A program made the position numbers and the translations under genes. Shown here piece after piece: positions 27,139-36,020 of a DNA stretch of 64,000 nt (position 1 is its first letter; the number at the start of each line of letters is the position of its first letter). This DNA is from Anaerovoracaceae bacterium. GTDB lineage: Bacteria > Bacillota > Clostridia > Peptostreptococcales > Anaerovoracaceae. The DNA is taken from the NCBI GenBank assembly GCA_045629065.1, contig JAZQQK010000034.1, forward strand, positions 31,728 to 95,727. Reading direction: 5' to 3'. The notes below the pieces were generated by a model. That model was not told the DNA's origin, ran no database searches, and worked only from the letters and a program-made list of their open reading frames with translations.

Positions 27139-30100
27139 TTATTTTGTTGGATTAGCTGGCTTTGGAAGTCTGTCAATGATGCATTGCATCAAGCTATCTG
27201 TGCATGGTAATACATCTTGAATCTTTCCATTCTTAACAGGAACTAAGTTCTTAGTCTCTGGAACTAAAACGCCTCCATTAACTTCTCCGAGTTCTGCATA
27301 TCTATATGGAAGTACAGCATCAGCCATCTCATCAGAGATGTCATCTGTGTCATCCCAAGGTAATTCCACCTCGTAGATATATGCAATTTCGGAAGCAATC
27401 TCCCAGTTAGCAAATTCGATAAACTCATCAATTGCTGCCTCTACTGGTTGAAGTCTTCTTTCAGTGTTTGTATATGTTCCTGCAGTGGAAGCAAAGCCTG
27501 TTCCTGGAAGAACAACATCAGCTTTTGCAGCTAATTCAGTCATGTGAGTATCGCATACTGCAAGGAATTCAAGGTTCTTAGTATTTATTGGTGCGTTTTC
27601 ACCGAATATGAATAATCCCTTAACTCCCTTTAAGCTTTCAGCACCTTCAGTGATACCGAGGTCGATTAAACCTTGTGAATTGTTCTTTGGTCTAACCATT
27701 AAGATACCATCACGAGGTGCTCCGATGTGTCCTGAAAGAACCGCAATGTTACCAATCATTGTTGCTGCATCAACTGATACTGCGTTCATTTGGTAAACAA
27801 ACATAGCTTTCTTTGCCTTCATGTATTCTTCAGCAATTGCCTGAGCTTCAGCTGAAACCTTAACATCCTTAAACGATTCAACTAATTCAGTGCAATCCAT
27901 TCCACATGATGCACAAGGTGTTCCCTTGAGATCAATTACTGCCTTTGCAATTTCCTTTAAGAATGAAACATCCTTTGAGCCATTAATATCTATGAGTTTA
28001 GCACCCTTTTCTACTGCCTGTTTAATCTTGAGGTCGATAACAGGGTTATTCATAGCGACATCAGTGGAATGTCCAACAGTAATGATAAGGTTTGTTGAAA
28101 GTAATTCGTCGATTGTATTAGGAGAAGCATCAATTCCTATTACCTTCTTTAAGCCGTTTTCACGGTTGTTAAGGCAAATAGTTTTTGCTCCCATAATGTC
28201 AGCCATAGTCTTGATAGCATATGCTTCTTCGTTAGTATATCTATCTGATACAGCAACTGCGATAGCTTCCTTGCCATATTTTTGAGCCATGATTTGCATC
28301 TTCTTTGCAATAAGCATGAATGCTTCGTGATAATCAGTCTCTACAAAGGAATCCTCTTCCCTGATTAATGGCTCTTCTAACTTATCTTCTAATACTGAGC
28401 AGTCAAAGCCCCACTTACCTTTGCCACAAAGGAGTCCCTTGTTAACAACGCCTTCCTTATCTGGGTTAGCTTTTACAAGAGTATCACCTACTGATTCAAG
28501 GAGTAAGGAACAACCTACTGAGCAGTATGAGCAAGTTGTAGGAGTAACATCAGTTTCTGTAGGAACTTCCTTAACCATTGTAGTTTTCTCTTGAAGAGCA
28601 CCACATGGACAAACAGATACGCACTGACCGCAAGAAATACAGCCTGATTCAGCCAATGGCTTTTCCATATTTGGTTTAACAACTGTATCAAAACCACGGT
28701 TTACGAGTCCTAAAGCGCCTACTCCCATAACTTCGTCGCAAACTCTTACACATAAGCCGCAAAGTATGCACTTATTAGGATCGCGAACGATGAACGGATG
28801 GTTATCTACGAACTCTACTACATGTTTTTCACCAGCGAATCTTTCCGGATGAACATCATATTGGTTAGCAAAGTCTATTAACTTACATTCATAGTAGTCG
28901 TGGCATCCACATTCTAAGCAACGAGAAGCTTCTGCTACGGCTTGCTCTACTGTATATGAATTTGGAATAACTTCTGTGAAATTATCCTTTCTTTTATCTG
29001 CTGATAACTGAGGAAGCTCAGGTCTACAAAGTCTCTCTCTATCTTCAAATGATTCTGAAGTGATATCGTCTCTTGTAACAACGAATGATGGTTCATAACT
29101 TACTAATTCACCATAGAGATAGCTATCGATAATTTCTGAAACCTTCTTTGCATCAGCAATTGCTTCTACTGCGATAGAAATTTTATCGTTACCGCAGTCA
29201 CCACCAGCAAAAACGCCAGGGATTGAAGTCATGAATGTCTCTTTATCGTAAGCGATTGCGCCCTTCTTAGTCTTGTCACAGTCGAAGATGGAAGCATCAA
29301 CAGCTTGACCAATAGCTAAAATCATTGTATCAAGCTTGATTGTTTCAGTCTTTCCTGGAACAGGAACTGGCTTACGACGTCCAGATGCATCTGGTTCGCC
29401 TAATTCCATAACTTGTAAAACAACTTCTTTGATGTGACCATTCTTATCTTTCTTAACCTCAATTGGGTTGGTTAAGTTCTTAAAGATAACGCCTTCCTCT
29501 TCTGCTTCTTCGATTTCAACTCTATCGGCTGGCATTTCATCCTTAGTTCTACGGTAGATGTTATATACTTCCTTAGCGCCAAGTCTAACTGCAGTACGGC
29601 AAGCATCCATAGCTGTGTTACCACCACCTACGATAGCTACTTTATCGCCGAGCTTGATTTCATCGTTTCTAACTACTCTTCTTAAGAAATCAATACCTCC
29701 GATGACACCTTCAGCATCTTCACCAGGGCAACCAACACCAGTTGATACCCAAGCACCGATACCGAGAAGTACAGCATCGTTTTCTTCTCTGATAGTTTCG
29801 AATGGGATATCTACACCAATTTTTACATTAGTCTCGATATCAACACCCATTTCTTCTATTGTTAAGATTTCCTCATCTAATACGGCCTTAGGAAGTCTAT
29901 ATTCAGGAATACCATATCTTAACATACCACCTGCCTTAGGCATCTGTTCATAGATTGTAACAGCATGTCCCATTTGACGAAGGAAATATGCAGCGGATAA
30001 ACCCATAGGGCCACCACCGATGATGGCAACGGACTTTCCAGTTTCTTCAGCAACTTCTGGAACGAAATTCATACCGGACTCAAGATCCATATCTGCAACG

Positions 30101-30615
30101 AATCTCTTTAATTGTTGAATTGAAATAGGTTCATCGATTAAACCACGACGGCAGTCTTTTTCGCATGGATGTGGACATACACGACCAAGTGCTGCAGGAA
30201 GTGGAATCTTATCTTTTACGAGTTCAATTGCCTTTTCAAATTCACCGTTTGCAATTAAACCTACATAACCTTGACAATCAGTGTGCGCTGGGCATGCAAG
30301 AACGCAAGGTGGACGGCAATCTCCAACGTGGTTGGAGAGTAAGAGTTCGAGGTTAGTCTTTCTTGACTCTGTAACTCTTTCTGTATTAGTTCTTACAACC
30401 ATGCCAGGTGCAATTTCAGTAGCGCAAGCCTTGCAAAGCTTTGGATTACCTTCTACTTCACACATGCAAAGTCCACAAGAACCATAGATCTTTGTTCTTT
30501 CATCGTAGCAAAGAGTAGGAACAAAAATATCATTTTCTTTGCATACTTCTAAAATAGTTTGTCCAGGATAGCCTGTGACTTCTTTACCATTAATGTTTAA
30601 ATTGAATTTATTCAT
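27139..30615 (-). CDS. Large multidomain Fe-S flavoprotein: 2Fe-2S ferredoxin + GltD-like NAD(P)H/FAD module + 2x[4Fe-4S] + truncated molybdopterin-oxidoreductase-like domain (StnC / Bfu 'A'-type subunit)
   Basis: N-terminal CYDERTKIYGSCGLCMCEV (2Fe-2S). GltD-like CPHPCEKDCRR with two Rossmann motifs, IIGGGPMGLSAAY and IVGGGNTAMD. CILCGLCVRVC and CISCGQCVSVCPCGA. Molybdopterin-type 4Fe-4S TTCSYCSVGCS...CGKG. No H-cluster motifs and no C-terminal molybdopterin-binding domain. Confidence 0.6.
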   Translation of the reverse strand: MNKFNLNINGKEVTGYPGQTILEVCKENDIFVPTLCYDERTKIYGSCGLCMCEVEGNPKLCKACATEIAPGMVVRTNTERVTESRKTNLELLLSNHVGDCRPPCVLACPAHTDCQGYVGLIANGEFEKAIELVKDKIPLPAALGRVCPHPCEKDCRRGLIDEPISIQQLKRFVADMDLESGMNFVPEVAEETGKSVAIIGGGPMGLSAAYFLRQMGHAVTIYEQMPKAGGMLRYGIPEYRLPKAVLDEEILTIEEMGVDIETNVKIGVDIPFETIREENDAVLLGIGAWVSTGVGCPGEDAEGVIGGIDFLRRVVRNDEIKLGDKVAIVGGGNTAMDACRTAVRLGAKEVYNIYRRTKDEMPADRVEIEEAEEEGVIFKNLTNPIEVKKDKNGHIKEVVLQVMELGEPDASGRRKPVPVPGKTETIKLDTMILAIGQAVDASIFDCDKTKKGAIAYDKETFMTSIPGVFAGGDCGNDKISIAVEAIADAKKVSEIIDSYLYGELVSYEPSFVVTRDDITSESFEDRERLCRPELPQLSADKRKDNFTEVIPNSYTVEQAVAEASRCLECGCHDYYECKLIDFANQYDVHPERFAGEKHVVEFVDNHPFIVRDPNKCILCGLCVRVCDEVMGVGALGLVNRGFDTVVKPNMEKPLAESGCISCGQCVSVCPCGALQEKTTMVKEVPTETDVTPTTCSYCSVGCSLLLESVGDTLVKANPDKEGVVNKGLLCGKGKWGFDCSVLEDKLEEPLIREEDSFVETDYHEAFMLIAKKMQIMAQKYGKEAIAVAVSDRYTNEEAYAIKTMADIMGAKTICLNNRENGLKKVIGIDASPNTIDELLSTNLIITVGHSTDVAMNNPVIDLKIKQAVEKGAKLIDINGSKDVSFLKEIAKAVIDLKGTPCASCGMDCTELVESFKDVKVSAEAQAIAEEYMKAKKAMFVYQMNAVSVDAATMIGNIAVLSGHIGAPRDGILMVRPKNNSQGLIDLGITEGAESLKGVKGLFIFGENAPINTKNLEFLAVCDTHMTELAAKADVVLPGTGFASTAGTYTNTERRLQPVEAAIDEFIEFANWEIASEIAYIYEVELPWDDTDDISDEMADAVLPYRYAELGEVNGGVLVPETKNLVPVKNGKIQDVLPCTDSLMQCIIDRLPKPANPTK

Positions 30616-30630
30616 GTTACCTCCTCCTTT

Positions 30631-32379
30631 CTACTTTTTGATAATTGCATCGAATGCGCAGTTGTCTAAGCACTTACCGCACTTGATACATTTAGCTTGA
30701 TCGATAACGTGTTGTCCCTTAACAGCACCTGTAATAGCACCTACTGGGCAATTCTTAGCGCACTTTGTGCAACCCTTACATTTATCAGTAATTTCAATTG
30801 TGATTAATGCTTTGCAGGAATGAGCCGTGCACTTGTGGTTTAAAATATGATCTTCGTATTCATTTCTGAAATGACGAATTGTTGAAAGAACTGGATTTGG
30901 AGCTGTTTGACCAAGTCCACAAAGTGAACCTTGCATAACCTTAGTGGCAAGCTCTTGCAGAAGTTCTATATCTCCTTCCTTACCATTTCCTTCGGTAATT
31001 CTTGTCAATATTTCAAGTAATCTCTTTGTACCAATTCTACAATAGTTACATTTACCGCAAGATTCATCGCGTGTGAAGTTTAAGAAGTATCTTGCCATGT
31101 CTACCATACAAGTATCTTCGTCCATTACGATCATTCCGCCGGAGCCTACGATTGCACCAGTCTTTGTAATGTCTTCATAAGTAACTAATGTATCACCTAA
31201 AGCTGCTGGGATACATCCACCTGATGGACCACCCATTTGAACGGCCTTGAATTGCTTATCATTCTTGATGCCGCCGCCGATACCGTAGATAATATCATTA
31301 ATCTTCATTCCCATAGGAACTTCGACTAATCCACCCTTCTTAATCTTACCTGCTAAAGCAAATACCTTAGTTCCAGGTGATTTTTCTGTTCCGAATTGTG
31401 AGAATGCTTTACCACCGTTGAAAATAATCCAAGGTACATTTGCTAATGTTTCAACGTTGTTAATATCTGTTGGCTTCTGCCAGAATCCCTTTGCTGCAGG
31501 GAAAGGTGGCTTGAGTCTAGGCATTCCACGTTCACCCTCAAGTGAAGCGATTAGTGCAGTTTCCTCGCCGCATACGAATGCACCAGCACCGGCCTTAATA
31601 TAAATATCAAAATCAAATCCAGATCCAAAAAGATTCTTTCCTAAGTATCCTTTTTCTCTGGCTTGAGCCATTGCAATCTCAAGACGCTTGATTGCAAGAG
31701 GATATTCGGCACGACAATAAATGACTCCTTGGTGAGCGCCCATAGCATAACCTGCGATAGCCATGCCTTCTAGCACTGAGTGTGGGTCACCCTCTAGTAC
31801 TGATCTATCCATGAAAGCACCTGGGTCGCCTTCGTCTGCGTTGCAAACCATGTACTTTTCAGGTCCAGGAGATGCTTTACAAGCATTCCACTTAAACCAT
31901 GTAGGGAAACCAGCTCCGCCTCTACCTCTAAGTCCAGAAGCTTTCATCTCTTCGATTACGTCTTCTGGCTTCATCTTTGTGAGAACCTTTTCTAAAGCTT
32001 TATAACCATCTTTAGCTACATATTCGTCGATGTTTTCAGGGTTGATTACACCACAATTTCTTAATACAACTCTCGTTTGCTTGCCGACGAATTGCTTATC
32101 TTCTTCGCTGATTGCTTTTTCTTGGAACACTTTATGGTTCTTCAAATGGCTTTCAACAATATCTTTAACATCACTTGGCTGAACCTTAACATATCTAGTT
32201 AAGTCGCCATTGTCTTCATAAACGTCAACGATAGGTTCAAGATAGCAAGTTCCAACACAACCTGTTATTGTGAGAGTCACATCGAGCTTATTTTCTTTTA
32301 GTTGCTTTTCAAATTCAACATAAGTTTTCTTAGCACCTGTTGCAATACCACAGGAGCCTTGTCCAACTACTACTTTCAT
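30631..32379 (-). CDS. NuoF/HydB-like flavoprotein subunit (N-terminal thioredoxin-like 2Fe-2S domain, FMN/NADH site, C-terminal 2x[4Fe-4S])
   Basis: GLRGRGGAGFPT (FMN), ESCGKCNYCR and SLCGLGQTAPNP (N3 cluster), with C-terminal CKGCTKCAKNCP and CIKCGKCLDNC. Confidence 0.85.
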   Translation of the reverse strand: MKVVVGQGSCGIATGAKKTYVEFEKQLKENKLDVTLTITGCVGTCYLEPIVDVYEDNGDLTRYVKVQPSDVKDIVESHLKNHKVFQEKAISEEDKQFVGKQTRVVLRNCGVINPENIDEYVAKDGYKALEKVLTKMKPEDVIEEMKASGLRGRGGAGFPTWFKWNACKASPGPEKYMVCNADEGDPGAFMDRSVLEGDPHSVLEGMAIAGYAMGAHQGVIYCRAEYPLAIKRLEIAMAQAREKGYLGKNLFGSGFDFDIYIKAGAGAFVCGEETALIASLEGERGMPRLKPPFPAAKGFWQKPTDINNVETLANVPWIIFNGGKAFSQFGTEKSPGTKVFALAGKIKKGGLVEVPMGMKINDIIYGIGGGIKNDKQFKAVQMGGPSGGCIPAALGDTLVTYEDITKTGAIVGSGGMIVMDEDTCMVDMARYFLNFTRDESCGKCNYCRIGTKRLLEILTRITEGNGKEGDIELLQELATKVMQGSLCGLGQTAPNPVLSTIRHFRNEYEDHILNHKCTAHSCKALITIEITDKCKGCTKCAKNCPVGAITGAVKGQHVIDQAKCIKCGKCLDNCAFDAIIKK

Positions 32380-32384
32380 CTTTC

Positions 32385-32864
32385 TTAACCCCTTTCTTGA
32401 TATTCCTTAAGGATTTTAACTACGGAATCTTTTGTTAAGCTACCATAAGTTTCATCTTCCTCTGTAGTTCTTATCATCATTACAGGAGCAAGAGAACAGC
32501 AACCTAAGCAAGCTACCTTGTTGATTGTAAATAATCCATCAGGTGTAGTTTCACCATCTTCGATTCCCAAGTATTCGCAAACTTTCTCGGCAATAGATTC
32601 TGATCCATTAACGTGGCATGCCGTACCTTGGCAAAGCATAACCAAGTACTTTCCTATTGGCTCAAGTCTAAATTGAGCATAGAATGTAGCTACTCCGTAA
32701 ATCTTTGCAGGCTTAATACCTGTGGCTTCAGAAATATGGTTGATACAATCCTTGGAAATGTAGCCATAGATTCCTTGAGCCTTTTGAAGAATAGTAATTA
32801 GGCTACCCTTCACATTTGCATACTGTTCGAGTATGGGCTGAAGTTCTTTGAAGTCGTCTTTCAT
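32385..32864 (-). CDS. NuoE/HydC-like [2Fe-2S] subunit
   Basis: CQGTACHVNGS ... CLGCCSLAPVMMI, 159 aa, SD AAGGAAGG. Confidence 0.85.
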   Translation of the reverse strand: MKDDFKELQPILEQYANVKGSLITILQKAQGIYGYISKDCINHISEATGIKPAKIYGVATFYAQFRLEPIGKYLVMLCQGTACHVNGSESIAEKVCEYLGIEDGETTPDGLFTINKVACLGCCSLAPVMMIRTTEEDETYGSLTKDSVVKILKEYQERG

Positions 32865-32887
32865 CGTGTACCTTCCTTTATAGAAAT

Positions 32888-32906
32888 TTGTTTAAAATAG
32901 TAACAA
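32888..32906. promoter_or_regulatory. Imperfect inverted repeat, a possible Rex-type operator
   Basis: TTGTTACTATTTTAAACAA on the minus strand (TTGTT-N9-AACAA), in the predicted 5' UTR of the redox operon. The half-sites resemble TTGTTAA/TTAACAA, but the spacing is 1 nt longer than canonical. Confidence 0.25.
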
Positions 32907-32922
32907 TAAACACACTTATTTT

Positions 32923-32951
32923 ATTTTACCAAAACCGTGCCTTAAATTCAA
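32923..32951 (-). promoter_or_regulatory. Candidate sigma-A promoter of the NuoE/NuoF-like operon
   Basis: Minus strand: -35 TTGAAT (32946-32951), 17-nt spacer, -10 TAAAAT (32923-32928). Confidence 0.5.
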
Positions 32952-32991
32952 TATATATAATATATAAATATATGCGCGCGTGAAGGACATC

Positions 32992-33020
32992 TTGAAAATT
33001 GCTAAAAAGAATTGTAAAAT
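32992..33020 (+). promoter_or_regulatory. Candidate sigma-A promoter (extended -10) for the 33050 gene
   Basis: -35 TTGAAA (32992-32997), 17-nt spacer, TGTAAAAT (-10 at 33015-33020). Confidence 0.5.
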
Positions 33021-33049
33021 ATAATGACTAAAAGAAAGCGAGATTTACT

Positions 33050-33940
33050 ATGGGCAATAAATTTAAAGCAGTAATCATATTAGCAGTCGTAATTGTGGTA
33101 GTTGGCGTTTTAGCTGTCATTGTAAGCAATGATTCAGAGTTGGACAAACCTATTTATGTTACATTTACAGGTATCGAAGATGAAACATGTTATGCTGCCC
33201 CTTTCTGCTATGATTTTGATGCTAAATATATTGACTTTTATGACCAAAAAGAACGAAATAATGAGCTTGTAAATGGGTTCGCATATAACTATGTTCAAGA
33301 GTGCGACGACCCTGCTGTTTTCAATGCTTTTTGCAATTATACAGATTTCTCAAAACTGACATTCATGTATGCAATTTACAATATAAAAGATGGAGATCAA
33401 ATCTGCATGCCTTACGACACTCCAGATATCTTCAAAGTTGTGCTTTATTATCCTATTAGTGATAAATTTGTCATCACGAGAGTTGCTTCAAAATTTGCGG
33501 ATAAGAGCTATTTCAAAGCTAATTATGATTTAGATAATGATATCTTCCAAATGCAGAGACAATTCTTCTTCTTTAAAGATTTCCTCATGTATTTCTTACA
33601 GGTTGCCCTTTCAACTATTGCAATATTCTTTGTTGCTAAAATGTTTGATTATAGAAAAAAAGAAGAACTAAAAGTAATCATGACAAACAGTGTCATTTCG
33701 CTCTTAGTTCTTAATCTTTTAACTCTTGTTATAAAAGTATTTATTGGCGTAAATCTGCTGATTTACTCGTATGCTGCTCTTGTGTTACTGGCATTTATAT
33801 TCCAATATGGTATCTATTCCAAGCGTCTTGCATTCAACGGTGAAGAAATCGATAAAGAAAGACCAATTATATTCGCATTCGCAGCTAATTGTATCGCATT
33901 CGGTATCTGCGTAATCATTGCAGTGTTTATATTCGGCTAA
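33050..33940 (+). CDS. Hypothetical membrane protein (signal-anchor, ~150-aa Cys-containing external domain, ~4 C-terminal TM)
   Basis: 296-aa ORF with its own promoter. No family recognised. Confidence 0.5.
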   Translation: MGNKFKAVIILAVVIVVVGVLAVIVSNDSELDKPIYVTFTGIEDETCYAAPFCYDFDAKYIDFYDQKERNNELVNGFAYNYVQECDDPAVFNAFCNYTDFSKLTFMYAIYNIKDGDQICMPYDTPDIFKVVLYYPISDKFVITRVASKFADKSYFKANYDLDNDIFQMQRQFFFFKDFLMYFLQVALSTIAIFFVAKMFDYRKKEELKVIMTNSVISLLVLNLLTLVIKVFIGVNLLIYSYAALVLLAFIFQYGIYSKRLAFNGEEIDKERPIIFAFAANCIAFGICVIIAVFIFG

Positions 33941-34745
33941 TTTTGATCCTTTCTATACGTCTTTCTGAGACTTCAAGAATCTCAAATTTAAAGCCGCTTA
34001 TCTCTACTATTTTACCTATTGTATCTTGGTTAGGAATTTCGCCTAACGCTTCTATTACAAGGCCTCCGACGGTTTCGGAGTTCTCGGAATCGATATGATA
34101 ATCCAACTCATCACTTAGGTCATCAAGGGATACATCACCATCAACAATAAAACAATTATCGTCAACTTTTTCTATTACCTCTTCTGCTTCGTCGAATTCA
34201 TCATTGATGTCACCTACAATCTGCTCAATGATGTCTTCAAGCGTTACAATTCCACTAAAACCACCATATTCGTCGATCAGAATAGCAATTTGTTGCTTTT
34301 CTTTCTGCATTTCGAAAAATAAGGTATCAATGTTCTTGGTTTCAGGAACAAAATATGCGTCTCTTAAGAGCGGTTCGATTTCGACCTGCTCTTTTTTATC
34401 TTGAATTAGCTTAATTAAATAATCTTTTATGTGTAAGATACCGATAATATTATCATTATCTCCTTTGCAAACAGGAATTCTTGAATGCTTAAGAGTCAGT
34501 AGATTATCGATATATTCTTCTGGTTTATCGTCCACGTCGATCATAAATACATCAGTACGTGGTGTCATAATCTCATAGCAAAGCTTGTCATCGAACTCGA
34601 AGATTGAGTTTATCATCTTCTTGCCTTCTTCGGTAATTTGGTCCTCATCAGCTTGTTCAAGCATGCTTACAATTTCTTCTTCAACCTCTTGTTTTTTGCC
34701 AAAAACTTTACTAAATATGTTCCCCTTTGGCTTATCGTTTTCCAT
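33927..34745 (-). CDS. CBS-pair + CorC/HlyC C-terminal domain protein (no DUF21 membrane domain)
   Basis: IMTPRTDVFMIDVDD opens the CBS pair, and a transporter-associated C-terminal domain follows. 272 aa. Confidence 0.75.
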   Translation of the reverse strand: MENDKPKGNIFSKVFGKKQEVEEEIVSMLEQADEDQITEEGKKMINSIFEFDDKLCYEIMTPRTDVFMIDVDDKPEEYIDNLLTLKHSRIPVCKGDNDNIIGILHIKDYLIKLIQDKKEQVEIEPLLRDAYFVPETKNIDTLFFEMQKEKQQIAILIDEYGGFSGIVTLEDIIEQIVGDINDEFDEAEEVIEKVDDNCFIVDGDVSLDDLSDELDYHIDSENSETVGGLVIEALGEIPNQDTIGKIVEISGFKFEILEVSERRIERIKISRI

Positions 34746-34781
34746 TTCTTTTCCTTTCAGTGAGTATATATATTTCCGATG

Positions 34782-36020
34782 CTATTTTTCCATCGGATTT
34801 TTTAATTTACGCATCATAAAGTTCTCTTCTACAGGTCTATCAAACTTTACTTTGATTATTTGCTGAGGGTGTGGACACGACTCAATTGCATTGCCCTCCT
34901 CATCATACATTTCGGTTAATTTCATAGTCCAACAATCTGTATTAGGCCCAAAAACTTCAATGTCTTCACCGATTGTCATCTTATTTCTTTGTTCTACGAT
35001 GGCATAGCCGGTTTCTTTATCATAAGACTTAACCAAGCCAGTGAATGTGTAGTTTCTAGTATAAGCTGAAGTCTGATAATTCTGGTCTTTATTAGTTGGT
35101 TTATCAAAATAGAATCCAGTTGTGAATTCTCTATGAGAAGCTTTTGTGAGTTCCTTCATCCATTCATCTTTGAAAAGCCATGATTCAGGGTTTTCATAAT
35201 ACGCATCGATTGCTTTTCTATATGCGCTCACAACGATTGCAACGTAGAAAGAACTCTTCATACGGCCTTCAATTTTTAACGATTTTATTCCTGAATTAAC
35301 GAGCTCAGGTATATATTCAATCATGCAAAGATCTCTTGAATTTAGAATATATGTACCTCTTTCGTCTTCTTCAATTGGGAAATATTGGCCAGGACGTTGT
35401 TCTTCTACTAAAGCATATTTCCACCTGCATGGATGTGCACATGCACCACGATTAGAGTCGCGTTCTGCCATAAAGTTCGAAAGTAAACATCTTCCCGAGT
35501 AACTGATGCACATAGCGCCATGAACAAAGGCCTCGTAATCAATGTCATCAGGTGTGTTTTGAATCAATTCCTTGATTTCGTTAAAAGTAAGTTCTCTTGC
35601 AAGTACTATACGCTTTACACCCTGTTTATACCAGAACTTTGCGGTCTGATAATTAGTCATATTAGCTTGCGTAGAAAGGTGTATCTCAGCGTCAGGGATA
35701 ATTTCTTGAACTAAAGATACGATTCCAGGGTCAGATACTATATATGCATCTATTCCTAAATCCTTTATAGACATTAAATATGCCCTTAAAGGCTCAATAT
35801 CTTCGTTATGAGCGAAGATATTTACTGTTAGGTAACATTTTACGTTTCTAGCATGAGCGAAGCTTAAACCTTCTTTCATGTCCTCTATGCTTAAGTTGCC
35901 TGCACCGGCTCTAAGGGAAAACATTTCACCACCAAAATATACGGCATCAGCGCCATATATTACGGCCATTTTAAGTTTTTCAAGATCTCCTGCAGGAGCT
36001 AATAATTCAATCTTTTTCAT
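34782..36020 (-). CDS. Peptidase U32 family protein (YrrN/YrrO / TrhP-like tRNA-U34 hydroxylation factor)
   Basis: MKKIELLAPAG start (the ATG at 36020 is preferred over the ORF-track 36053) and SLKIEGRMKS. It sits in the conserved mltG-trmR-U32 neighbourhood. Confidence 0.8.
   Translation of the reverse strand: MKKIELLAPAGDLEKLKMAVIYGADAVYFGGEMFSLRAGAGNLSIEDMKEGLSFAHARNVKCYLTVNIFAHNEDIEPLRAYLMSIKDLGIDAYIVSDPGIVSLVQEIIPDAEIHLSTQANMTNYQTAKFWYKQGVKRIVLARELTFNEIKELIQNTPDDIDYEAFVHGAMCISYSGRCLLSNFMAERDSNRGACAHPCRWKYALVEEQRPGQYFPIEEDERGTYILNSRDLCMIEYIPELVNSGIKSLKIEGRMKSSFYVAIVVSAYRKAIDAYYENPESWLFKDEWMKELTKASHREFTTGFYFDKPTNKDQNYQTSAYTRNYTFTGLVKSYDKETGYAIVEQRNKMTIGEDIEVFGPNTDCWTMKLTEMYDEEGNAIESCPHPQQIIKVKFDRPVEENFMMRKLKNPMEK

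Noticed and set aside
27139-30615. Annotating the 1158-aa subunit as a formate dehydrogenase alpha subunit or an [FeFe]-hydrogenase.
   Set aside because: No H-cluster motifs were seen. The molybdopterin-like region is only ~470 aa and lacks the C-terminal molybdopterin-binding domain. A GltD-like NAD(P)H module is inserted instead.
32950-32983. Alternating purine-pyrimidine tract (atatatataatatataaatatatgcgcgcgtg) between the divergent promoters, possibly Z-DNA-prone.
   Set aside because: It is short and mostly AT-rich promoter-spacer sequence. Nothing beyond composition suggests function.
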